From: Antedon mediterranea
Taxonomy: Eukaryota > Animalia > Echinodermata
Reading direction: 5' to 3'
Assembly: GCF_964355755.1 (NCBI RefSeq)
Contig: NC_092674.1
Coordinates: forward strand, 2,294,001-2,358,000
Length of the DNA stretch: 64,000 nt
Below are positions 11,700-23,530 of this stretch, in pieces (the first letter of the stretch is position 1; each line of letters starts with the position of its first letter). Under the pieces are notes generated by a model, which did no database searches, was not told where the DNA came from, and saw only the letters and a program-made list of their open reading frames with translations. A program made the translations under genes and the position numbers.

Positions 11700-14600
11700 A
11701 TTTTAAAACGTTGATATTTAAAAAAGACCTTTCGACAATGTTATTTTTTACATAACCGGTTACTATGACGATAAAGCAATATATGGCAATATTATTGCAT
11801 AATTATTGAATTTTAATAAGTCGATATTTTGGCCATTTAAAAAAAAATCCCTGTACTATAGTACAGTGAAATTTTCGAACAATGACCAAATTTTGACCGT
11901 TTTATTTTTTGACATAATTGGTTACTATGACTCCTTAAGATGACGATAAAGCAATATATGGGCATATATGGCAATATCATTGCATAATTATTGAATTTTA
12001 ATAAGTCGATATTTTGTCCATTTTTGTTAAAAAAGACCTTTAGACAGTTGACATAACCGGTTACTATGACTCCTTAAGATGATGATAAAGCAATATATGT
12101 GCATATATGGCAATATTATTGCATAATTATTGAATTTTAATAAGTCGATATTTTGGCCATTTTTGTTAAAAAAGACCCTTAGACAGTTTTATTTTTTGAC
12201 ATAACCGGTTACTATGACTCCTTAAGATGATGATAAAGCAGTATATGTGCATATATGGCAATATTATTGAATAATTATTCAGTTTTAAAAAGTCGATATT
12301 TTGGCCATTTCAAAAAAAATCCCTGTACTATAGTACAGTGAAATTTTCAAACAATTACCAAATTTCGACCCTTTTATTTTTTGACATAATTGGTTACTAT
12401 GACTCCTTAAGCTGACGATAAAGCAATATATGGGCATATATGGCAATATTATTGCATAATTATTGAATTTTAAATCACCTTGTGACATGCACTGAACCCA
12501 TTATTCGACGATTATGCAAATTTTGGACCTTTTTATTTTTCGATAAAACTGGTTACTATAGCACAATTGACATGCGCAGAACACATTATTCGTCTCTGCG
12601 CATGTTTATTTTGCAATAGTAACCATTTATGTCAAATAATAAAAGGGTCGAAAATCGGCCATTTTTCGAAAATTTCACTGTACTATAGTACAGGGATTTT
12701 TCGATAAAACTGGTTACTATAGCACAATTGACATGCGCAGAACCCATTATACGCCTCTGCGCATGTTTATTATGCTATAACCATTTATGTCAAAACTGGT
12801 TACTATAGCACAATTGACATGCTCAGAACCCATTATTCGTCTCTGCGCATGTTTATTATGCAATAGTAACCATTTATGTCAAATAATAAAAGGGTCGAAA
12901 ATCGGCCATTTTTCGAAAATTTTCCTGTACTATAGTACAGGGATTTTTCAAAAAATGGCCAATTTTCAACCTTTTTATTTTTCGATAAAACTGGTTACTA
13001 TAGCACAATTGACATGCGCAGAACCCATTATTCGCCTCTGCTCATGTTTATTATGCTATAGTAACCATTTATGTCAAAACTGGTTACTATAGCACAATTG
13101 ACATGCTCAGAACCCATTATTCGTCTCTCCGCATGTTTGTTATGCAATAGTAACCATTTATGTCAAAAAATAAAGGGGTCGAAAATCAACCATTTTTCGA
13201 AAATTTCCCTGTACTATACTACAGGGATTTTTAAAAAAAATGGCCAATTTTCGACCTTTTTATTTTTCGATAAAACTGGTTACTATAGCACAATTGACAT
13301 GCGCAGAACCCATTATTCGCCTCTGCGCATGTTTATTATGCTATAGTAACCATTTATGTCAAAACTGGTTACTATAGCACAATTGACATGCGCAGAACCC
13401 ATTATTCGTCTCTGCGCATGTTTATTATGCAATAGTAACCATTTATGTCAAAAAATAAAAGGGTCGAAAATCGGCCATTTTTCGAAAATTTTCCTGTACT
13501 ATAGTACAGGGATTTTTCAAAAAATGGCAAATTTTCTACCTTTTTATTTTTCGATAAAACTGGTTACTATAGCACAATTGACATTCGCAGAACCCATTAT
13601 TTGACTCTGCGCATGTTTATTATGCTATAGTAACCATTTATGTCAAAACTGGTTACTATAGCACAATTGACATGCTCAGAACCCATTATTCGTCTCTGTG
13701 CATGTTTATTATGCAATAGTAACCATTTATGTCAAAAATAAATAGGTCGAAAATCGGCCATTTTTCGAAAATTTTCCTGTACTATAGTACAGGGATTTTT
13801 CAAAAAATGGCCAATTTTCGACCTTTTTATTTTTCGATAAAACTGGTTACTATAGCACAATTGACATGCGCAGAACCCATTATTTGCCTCTGCGCATGTT
13901 TATTATGCTATAGTAACCATTTATTTCAAAACTGGTTACTATAGCACAATTGACATGCTCAGAACCCATTATTCGTCTCTGTGCATGTTTATTATGCAAT
14001 AGTAACGATTTATGTCAAAAAATAAATAGGTCGAAAATCGGCCATTTTTCGAAAATTTTCCGGTACTATAGTACAGGGATTTTTCAAAAAATGGCCAAAT
14101 TTCGACGTTTTTATTTTTCGATAAAACTGGTTACTATAGCACAATTGACATGCGCAGAACCCATTATTTGACTCTGCGCATGTTTATTATGCAATAGTAA
14201 ACATTTATGTCAAAAAATAAAAGGGTCGAAAATCGGCAATTTTTCGAAAATTTCCCTGTACTATAGTGCAGGGATTTTTCAAAAAATGGCCAATTTTCGA
14301 CCTTTTTATTTTTCGATAAAACTGGTTACTATAGCACAATTGACATGCGCAGAATCCATTATTCGCCTCTGCTCATGTTTATTATGCTATAGTAACCATT
14401 TATGTCAAAACTGGTTACTATAGCACAATTGACATGCGCAGAACCCATTATTCGTCTCTGCGCATGTTTATTTTGCAATAGTAACCATTTATGTCAAAAA
14501 ATAAAGGGGTCGAAAATCAACCATTTTTCGAAAATTTCCCTGTACTACAAATACAAATTTACTACAGGGATTTTTCAAAAAATGGCCAATTTTCGAGCTT

Positions 14601-17600
14601 TTTATTTTTCGATAAAACTGGTTACTATAGCTCAATTGACATGCGCAGAACCCATTATTTGACTCTGCGCATGTTTATTATGCAATAGTAACCATTTATG
14701 TCAAAACTGGTTACTATACCACAATTGACATGCTCAGAACCCATTATTTGTCTCTGCGCATGTTTATTATGCAATAGTAACCATTTATGTCAAAAAATAA
14801 ATAGGTCGAAAATCGGCCATTTTTCGAAAATTTTCCTGTACTATAGTACAGGGATTTTTCAAAAAATGGCCAATTTTCGACCTTTTTATTTTTCGATAAA
14901 ACTGGTTACTATAGCACAATTGACATGCGCAGAACCCATTATTCGCCTCTGCTCATGTTTATTATGCTATAGTAACCATTTATGTCAAAACTGGTTACTA
15001 TAGCACAATTGACATGCGCAGAACCCATTATTCGTCTCTGCGCATGTTTATTTGGCAATAGTAACCATTTATGTCAAATAATAAAAGGATCGAAAATCGG
15101 CCATTTTTCGAAAATTTCACTGTACTATAGTACAGGGATTTTTCAAAAAATGGCAAATTTTCGACCTTTTTATTTTTCGATAAAACTGGTTACTATAGCA
15201 CAATTGACATGCGCAGAACCCATTATTCGTCTCTGCGCATGTTTATTATGCTATAGTAACCATTTATTTCAAAATTAACCACTTTTTACATAAATGGTTA
15301 CTATAGAAAAATAAACATGCGCAGAGTCGAATAATGGGTTCTGCGCATTTCAATTTTGCTATAGTAACCATTTTTGTCAAATATGGTTATGATAGCACAA
15401 TTGACATGCGCAGAACCCATTATTCGCCTCTGCGCATGTTTATTATGCTATAGTAACCCTTTATAAAACTAGTTACTATAGCACAATTGACATGCTTAGA
15501 ACCCATTATTCGTCTCTGCGCATGTTTATTATGCAATAGTAACCATTTATGTCAAAAAATAAAAGGGTCGAAAATCGGCCATCTTTCGAAAATTTTCCTG
15601 TACTATATATAGTACAGGGATTTTTCAAAAAATGGCAAATTTTCTACCTTTTTATTTTTCGATAAAACTGGTTACTATAGCACAATTGACATTCGCAGAA
15701 CCCATTATTTGACTCTGCGCATGTTTATTATGCAATAGTAACCATTTATGTCAAAAAATAAAAGGGTCGAAAATCGGCAATTTTTCGAAAATTTCCCTGT
15801 ACTATAGTACAGGGATTTTTCAAAAAATGGCCAATTTTCGACCTTTTTATTTTTCGATAAAACTGGTTACTATAGCACAATTGACATGCGCAGAACCCAT
15901 TATTCGTCTCTGCGCATGTTTATTATGCAATAGTAACCATTTATGTCAAAAAATAAAAGGGTCGAAAATCGGCCATTTTTCGAAAATTTTCCTGTACTAT
16001 AGTACAGGGATTTTTCAAAGAATGGCAAATTTTCTACCTTTTTATTTTTCGATAAAACTGGTTACTATAGCACAATTGACATTCGCAGAACCCATTATTT
16101 GACTCTGCGCATGTTTATTATGCAATAGTAACCATTTATGTCAAAAAATAAAAGGGTCGAAAATCGGCAATTTTTCGAAAATTTTCCTGTACTATAGTAC
16201 AGGGATTTTTAAAAAAATGGCCAATTTTCGACCTTTTTATTTTTCGATAAAACTGGTTACTATAGCACAATTGACATGCGCAGAACCCATTATTCGCCTC
16301 TGCGCATGTTTATTATGCTATAGTAACCATTTATGTCAAAACTGGTTACTATAGCACAATTGACATGCTCAGAACCCATTATTCGTCTCTGTGCATGTTT
16401 ATTATGCAATAGTAACCATTTATGTCAAAAATAAATAGGTCGAAAATCGGCCATTTTTCGAAAATTTTCCTGTACTATAGTACAGGGATTTTTCAAAAAA
16501 TTGCCAATTTTCGACCTTTTTATTTTTCGATAAAACTGGTTACTATAGCACAATTGACATGCGCAGAACCCATTATTCGCGTCTGCGCATGTTTATTATG
16601 CTATAGTAACCATTTATGTCAAAACTGGTTACTATAGCACAATTGACATGCTCAGAACCCATTATTCGTCTCTGTGCATGTTTATTATGCAATAGTAACC
16701 ATTTATGTCAAAAAATAAATAGGTCGAAAATCGGCCATTTTTCGAAAATTTTCCTGTACTATAGTACAGGGATTTTTCAAAAAATGGCCAATTTTCGACC
16801 TTTTTATTTTTCGATAAAACTGGTTACTATAGCACAATTGACATGCGCAGAACCCATTATTTGACTCTGCGCATGTTTATTATGCAATAGTAACCATTTA
16901 TGTCAAAATCGGCAATTTTTCGAAAATTTCCCTGTACTATAGTGCAGGGATTTTTCAAAAAATGGCCTATTTTCGACCTTTTTATTTTTCGATAAAACTG
17001 GTTACTATAGCACAATTGACATGCGCAGAACCCATTATTTGACTCTGCGCATGTTTATTATGCTATAGTAACCATTTATGTCAAACTGGTTACTATAGCA
17101 CAATTGACATGCGCAGAACCCATTATTCGTCTCTGCGCATGTTTATTTTGCAATAGTAACCATTTATGTCAAATAATAAAAGGGTCGAAAATCGGCCATT
17201 TTTCGAAAATTTCACTGTACTATATTTTTCAAAAAATCGCAAATTTTCGACCTTTTTATTTTTCGATAAAACTGGTTACTATAGCACAATTGACATGCGC
17301 AGAACCCATTATTCGCCTCTGCGCATGTTTATTATGCTATAGTAACCATTTATGTCAAAACTGGTTACTATAGCACAATTAACATGCGCAGAACCCATTA
17401 TTCGCCTCTGCGCATGTTTATTATGCAATAGTAACCATTTACGTTAAAAAATAAAAGGGTCGAAAATAGGCAATTTTTCGAAAATTTCCCTGTACTATAG
17501 TGCAGGAATTTTTTCCAAAAAATGGCAAATTTTCGACCTTTTTATTTTTCGATAAAACTGGTTACTATAGCACAATTAACATGCGCAGAACCCATTAGTC

Positions 17601-18090
17601 TATATTATCTACACACCTGAAGAGCTAAAACAAGAACACGTTGAGTTGAGTCGTTCTTTCATGACGGGGCAGTATAGTACAGGGAAATTTTCGAAAAATG
17701 ACCAAATTTCGACCTTTTTTATTTTTTTTTACTATGACTCCATGAGATGATGATAAAGCAAAAATGGCAATATTATTGCATAATTATTGACTTTTTAAAA
17801 GTTGATATTTTGGCCATTTTTGTTAAAAAAGACCTTTAGACAGTTTTTATTTTTTGACTTAACAGGTTACTATGACTCCTTAAAAGGATGATAAAGCAAT
17901 ATATGGGCATATATGGCAATATTATTGCATAATAATTGAATTTTAAAAAGTCGATATTTTGGCCATTTTCGAAAAAATTGTTGTACTATATAGTACAGGA
18001 AAATTTTCGAACAATTTTGACTTTTATGTTTTGACATAACTGGTTGCTATGACTACATAAGATGATGATAATGCAACATATGAGCATATA
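11700..18090. repeat. Complex satellite: core array (~12480-17597) of 89-bp unit A and ~106-bp unit B in AAB/AB order, with related flanking arrays
   Basis: A = AAAACTGGTTACTATAGCACAATTGACATGCGCAGAACCCATTATTCGCCTCTGCGCATGTTTATTATGCTATAGTAACCATTTATGTC. B is centred on CTGTACTATAGTACAG. The AAB period is 284-285 bp (12787, 13071, 13356). Confidence 0.95.
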
Positions 18091-18374
18091 AATAAATAAT
18101 CATTTATAGTTTCATGACGTTATATTACTAGTACAGTACAATAACTGATATATATGTGTTATTATTTTGATATCTTAATATAATTATCTTTCAAAATTTG
18201 ACCCTGGGTCACTCACAGGAAATGTGAATAAATATAACTACCAACACACCATACTTATTCTGATACCAGCTCACACCTCAAAGATGTACATTTTACATTA
18301 AATCAGGATTGGCAATTTAATTTGAAAAGGCTTATCGAGGATTGCCAATTAAAGTCATATCCTTGCGTTTAAAA

Positions 18375-18785
18375 GAAATATATCCAGGGATGCCTTTTAA
18401 AAACCTATCCAGGGATGCATTTTAAAAACATATCCAGGGATGCCTTTTAAAAACATATCCAGGGATGCCTTTTAAAAGCATATCCAGGGTTGTATTTTAA
18501 AAAGCATATCCAGGGTTTCATTTTAAAAAGCAAATCCAGGGTTGCCTTTTAAAAAGGATATCCAGGGTTGCCTTTTAAAAAGGATATCCAGGGATGCCTT
18601 TTAAAAGCTTATCCAGTGTTGTATTTCAAAAAGCATATCCAGGGTTGCTTTTTAAAAAGCATATCCAGGGTTGCCTTTTAAAAGCATATCCAGGGTTGCA
18701 TTTTAAAAAGCATATCCAGGGTTGCCTTTTAAAAAGCATATCCAGGGCTGCCTTTTAAAAGCATATCCAGGGTTGCCTTAAAAGG
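18375..18785. repeat. 24-25-bp minisatellite just 3' of the DTYMK copy 1 stop codon
   Basis: Unit AAAAGCATATCCAGGGTTGCCTTTT, ~17 copies. Confidence 0.93.
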
Positions 18786-18829
18786 CAATGTCATTATGCA
18801 ATTTATATCACTACAGTGAGTTAATTGAA

Positions 18830-21307
18830 TTATTCAGTTGTTGTCTGCCATAGTTTGCGTAATGGTTGGTAGGCGCAATCACTGATTGCTGTTGTTGTTA
18901 GTTGTTTAATTTCATTGTGAACTTCCTCTATACTTCTTCCAGCCGCAACAATCTACAAAAAAGTTTATAAAACAACAAAAAGTTTCACAATCAAGCACAT
19001 TGACTTGTTTGTATTCACCAATCACACTTACATATAAAAATTAAAATTCTTTACTATTTATTGACTTAATTAAATAACTTATATTTAAGGGAAATATCTC
19101 CTTTTAAGTGTTATTGGCAAGGTCTGATTTGGCCATGATATAAATAATAATACTGAATATAACCAAAGCAATCTAACAGGATGCTGAGCTTCGGGGATCA
19201 AAGGGTTTATCTGTGGCTGTGACAGGATGCTGAGCTCCGGAGATCAAAGGGTTTATCTGTGGCTGTGACATGATCAGTTCCACCCACCACGCAACGCAGA
19301 ATATGTAGTTGGCATTTGTTGCAGCCAGACATAAGATCAAAAGACTGGTACAAGTTTCTATCTTGGCAAGGCGAGCTCAGTGTCCTGTTGTTAGATTGCC
19401 TTGATATAACCTGATAAAAAAAAAAAACATACTTTCCAGTCTTTATCTTTTAGCAGTTCATAATTTTTGGAAACCTTTGATTGGAATTCAGTTTTTTCAT
19501 AACGTTCTCCTCCAAAATCTGCTCTGGTGGAAGCATCTTCTGTGGATATATCCAAAAACAACACCAAGTCTGGACGAGGGAGGCCAGAATCGGATGCTTT
19601 GCACCAGTCAATTGTAAATCCCTTTAACAGAATGTTAATCGTTAAAATCATAGTACCTGAATTATCATTAAAATCATTTTATTTAATTTGTTTAAAATCG
19701 TAGATGTTAATTTTAAAATGTTAATGTATTAATCACTTACTGGTTTGGCAGCTGTGAATGCTACGCCTGAGTAAGCATAACGATCTATTATTACGGTTGT
19801 TCCACTTTTCACAAGTTCAGTGATCTTCGGCCTGAAAGTTAAAAATTATTATTGCTAAGTACTTAAATAATTAAGTCTTTATAAGTTCAATGACCTCATA
19901 TTGATCATAGGCCTACATAAATTGATTCATCATCTTGATGACTTGCTTTACTTATATACTTTTAACTTTGTTCTGTCAGTTTAAACATTCTCAGCTCTTC
20001 TAATTTTGTCGTTTCTTGATTTCTCAATTTTCCTATTATTGGCACTACTGCATTTATATAGGGTTACATTCATTTTTCACAACTGATTATGCACTTGTCA
20101 ATTGTATGACCCACTATACGACCCTCGGGAGAGGTGCGTCATTTGTCCGATGTGCGTCATACTTTTGAATACCATGACGCACCCGTGCGTCAAAAAGGTG
20201 ACTTACCTTTAGGTGACCATGACGCACCCATTTTGACGCACTGTGACCATGTTGTTTATGATATGGTGGGTGGTAAAGTGACGGACATTGACACACCTTG
20301 TTCATTGATGTGACGTACCATCTAGGTTTTTTGACGCACCCCTGCGTCAGTAATTATTTGTAAATGACGCACCCATGACGCACCTCTCCCGGGGGTCGTA
20401 TAGTGAGTCATACAATTGACAAGTGCATTAGTGTTGCGGCAGGTGACCTGAACTTAACCCCAGATAATCTCAGTAGGTGTGAAAGTACAGTAGTGTCCTA
20501 CTGTACTATTAGCAAATTTATTTTAAATTGACATTGTGAGGTGGCTCAATAACTTACACTGCTTCCCATCTGTTGACTGAAAATAATAAATGAACAGCGT
20601 GATCTTCTAGTTCAAATTTCTGTGATAAATATCCATCTATTAATTTACCTGTTTCTGTAGTTCTATCTGGGAATATTAACAATCATATAAAAAGAAAAAT
20701 TTTAAAAAATCGCCAGAAAATAGTACAGTATCACATTAAAAACAATATAAATATAAAACATCTATACCGATATTTAGGCCTAACCACTTTTTAAAGTTAT
20801 ACCCAAGAATGGATTATGAATGTTGGTGGTATACCTCACCTCCCAGCCAGGCCCAGCCATAAGTAAGGCCCTACCCCCTCTTTTTTTGCTTTAGCCTTTT
20901 GGACCAACAGACAGACAGGGGATTTAAAACTGCGATACAATTAAAGTAGCCTAAGTAACAAATATATTAGACCATCCAGATGATAGCTAAACCAATTTAA
21001 CGACTACAGTACGATATTCAGATACCGTGAATTGAATAGTTACTAGCTAGGCCCAGCGAGGCCCGACTACATCAGAATATTGTAGACCAAATGCTACACA
21101 GTGCAGCGTTTGATGCAATTTATGCTGCATACCTTCCTGTTGGTGCAGGCCTAGCTAGCTTCACACTACTTGCTTACCTGGGAATCTCATTAGATGTATT
21201 TTTTCGCCTTGGTTGTGTAATGTTTGAACAAGTTTCTTACATTGTGTTGATTTTCCCGACCGATCGACTCCTTCTAGTATAATTAAAGCTCCTCTTTTTA
21301 ATGACAT
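18830..21307 (-). CDS. DTYMK: Thymidylate kinase copy 1, 213 aa (exons 21178-21307, 20558-20666, 19741-19831, 19433-19621, 18830-18952)
   Basis: Exons sum to 642 nt with GT-AG junctions. Motifs: P-loop RGALIILEGVDRSGKSTQ, RFPDR, HLLFSVNRWE, DRYAYSGVAF, GLPRPDLVLFLD, FGGERYE. Confidence 0.96.
19164..19403 (-). mobile_element. P-superfamily-like MITE in DTYMK copy 1 intron 4
   Basis: Termini CAAAGCAATCTAACAGG ... CCTGTTGTTAGATTGCCTTG with a 7-bp TSD ATATAAC (19157-19163 and 19404-19410). CA..TG ends with a 7-8 bp TSD are typical of the P superfamily. Confidence 0.8.
20090..20427. mobile_element. Long-TIR MITE, PIF/Harbinger-like
   Basis: ~55-bp TIR TGCACTTGTCAATTGTATGACCCACTATACGACCCTCGGGAGAGGTGCGTC and its reverse complement, TTA on both flanks, internal TGACGCAC repeats. 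Confidence 0.85.
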
Positions 21308-21798
21308 TTTTATTGCAATGAAGGAGTCAAAAAACGCGCGAAGAAAAACAAAAACAGGGACAAGGAATCAACCAATCAGAATCGTTCTAGGTGACACACC
21401 TCTGATCAGTTAAAATTTAGAAATTATTCGGGTAATAAGATTCTTGATAATTTGTTTAACTTCATTTTTGGATGATTATTTATTTTGCTATTTGTTGTGA
21501 TTTTAAAATAAATGTTGACATTTTTTCTAAACTTGGATTGATTGAAGAAATATAACTTATGGAAAATATAAATCACTAAAAGCAGCAGAATGGGTCAAAT
21601 AAATTTAGCCGTAACCAAAATGTACATTTTCAAAAAAAACTCAAAAGCAAAATATCACATCACACACATTTATTATAAATATTTATAAAACGTTATGTAC
21701 AAACTTTTAAAAAGATTTTAAATAAAACTATATTTTTAAAGAAATTCTGCATAGCTCGTCCATTGGGAAGCACCACAATAACAAATCACAATATCTAA

Positions 21799-21920
21799 AG
21801 CTCTGTCCACACTATTAAAAAGAGTGTGATGTGCCCAAATATGGTAGTGATATGACATCATCGTGACCATATATGGGTACATCAATTTATTTTTTGTCTA
21901 GTAGTAGTCTAGACAGAGCT
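21799..21920. mobile_element. PIF/Harbinger MITE, AGCTCTGTCTACAC family
   Basis: TAA|AGCTCTGTCCACAC ... AGACAGAGCT|TAA. Confidence 0.85.
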
Positions 21921-22606
21921 TAAAATTATGACAATCATAAAACTAATATCAATGATGAATTTCAACAAACATCATTGTCAAAAAAATATATACAGTTTTA
22001 TTTATTTAAAATGTTCAGTACATTGTGTACGGTTTTGTTAAAACTTTTAATTTATAAAACCATAAATGTTCTCTCTTTCTTGTTTGTTACAAGATTCAAA
22101 ACCAAAAATGATTATGTGTTTGCTTTTTATTGAAACAACAATTTCCATAAAAGGAAGTAGTAGAAAAATTGGAAGTTTGCCCAGAATGGAATTTTTACCA
22201 CTCATCATATCAAGAACAACAATAGTAATGGCAAAACAATATAATGTATTGTAGTTAACTAATTATGTGAACTTTTTTATGCACTCGTAGAACACACAAC
22301 AGAGTGTATGAAAAATATATACAAAAATCTATGATCAGTGGTAATGAAGACTAATTTTAATTAAACAGTTATTATTCAATATCAATTATTTGATTCCCCT
22401 CCAAGTAGATATCACCAATATGCTCAATTTCTACCAAATTTATTAAATAATTAGTTGGAATGTTGGGTAGAGATGCAGTTAGGAAATTGGAAGATAACCT
22501 AATTGACTTCACATCAAAACAATTAACAGGATATTAAATACAGATTTTGGAATACAATCAAGAATTATGGATCCCCTAAAAACCAAAAAAAAGCAGCACC
22601 CTGTTA

Positions 22607-22746
22607 AGCTCTGTCCACACTATCAAACATTATGTGACAAAAAAATGTGATGTGGCCATATATGGACATGATGATGTCATATCACTACCATATTTGTGCA
22701 CATCACACCTTTTTTATCAAACTAGTTTGATAGTGTAGACAGAGCT
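22607..22746. mobile_element. PIF/Harbinger MITE, AGCTCTGTCTACAC family (representative copy; ~19 copies or fragments in the window)
   Basis: TTA|AGCTCTGTCCACACTATCAAAC ... GTTTGATAGTGTAGACAGAGCT|TTA, a TWA TSD. Further copies lie near 22934, 23749, 25517, 31469, 32527, 32963, 34977, 35410, 36275, 40900-41194, 58910 and 63400. Confidence 0.9.
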
Positions 22747-23530
22747 TTACTGTATCTGTGATTGTACATTTGATGGTACAGGTCTGAAAGCAAATCAAAA
22801 GCCAAGATTATTTTAACCTTGATATATTTTGCATTTATTATCCACTTCCAGATTGACAGCATTGTGTGTTATTTCACATGGTAGGTCTTTTCCAAGATAC
22901 TTTTGTTTTATGTTCTCGCTGCTTTAGGTCTAAAGCTCTGTCTACACTATCAAACTTTATGTGACAAAAAAGTGTGATGTACTCAAATGGTAGTGATATG
23001 CTTAAATATGGTAGTGATATGCTTAAATATGGTAGTGATATGACATTATCATGTTCATATAATTTTTTGTCACATAAAGTTTGATAGTGGTTTAACAGGG
23101 ATAGTGGTACTGCAATGCAGTAGTATACAGTGTTGTTTTTGTTACTGTTAGTTAAATGTGTTTTAGCTGAAAAGATTATTTTCTTTTTTTTGTGATCCGC
23201 AAGACGCCCCAGTAATATATGTCAACAACAACAACATCACTAGAGGGATTGTATCAAACATTGTATCTTCTATGTTGACATAAATTAGAAATCTGAAATT
23301 ATCTTTAAAAATAAAAAATATGAAACGTGTGGAAAATTAAGAAGGCCAGCTGCATAAATGTGACCAACCCATGTGTGACTATACTCAAATGAGGTTCTGT
23401 ACAGTATAGGAAGATGATGATGATGTCATCAAATCAACTTTATCTAAATGTAGTTTTGCTTTCTATAAATCGCACCATAATTTTAAAACTTTATTTTTAC
23501 ATTTTAAATGTTGCCACTATCTTGTAGGTT

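Noticed and set aside
12787-17373. Family of near-identical short ORFs (MSKLVTIAQLTC...)
   Set aside because: These are translations of satellite monomers, with frames broken at random by indels.
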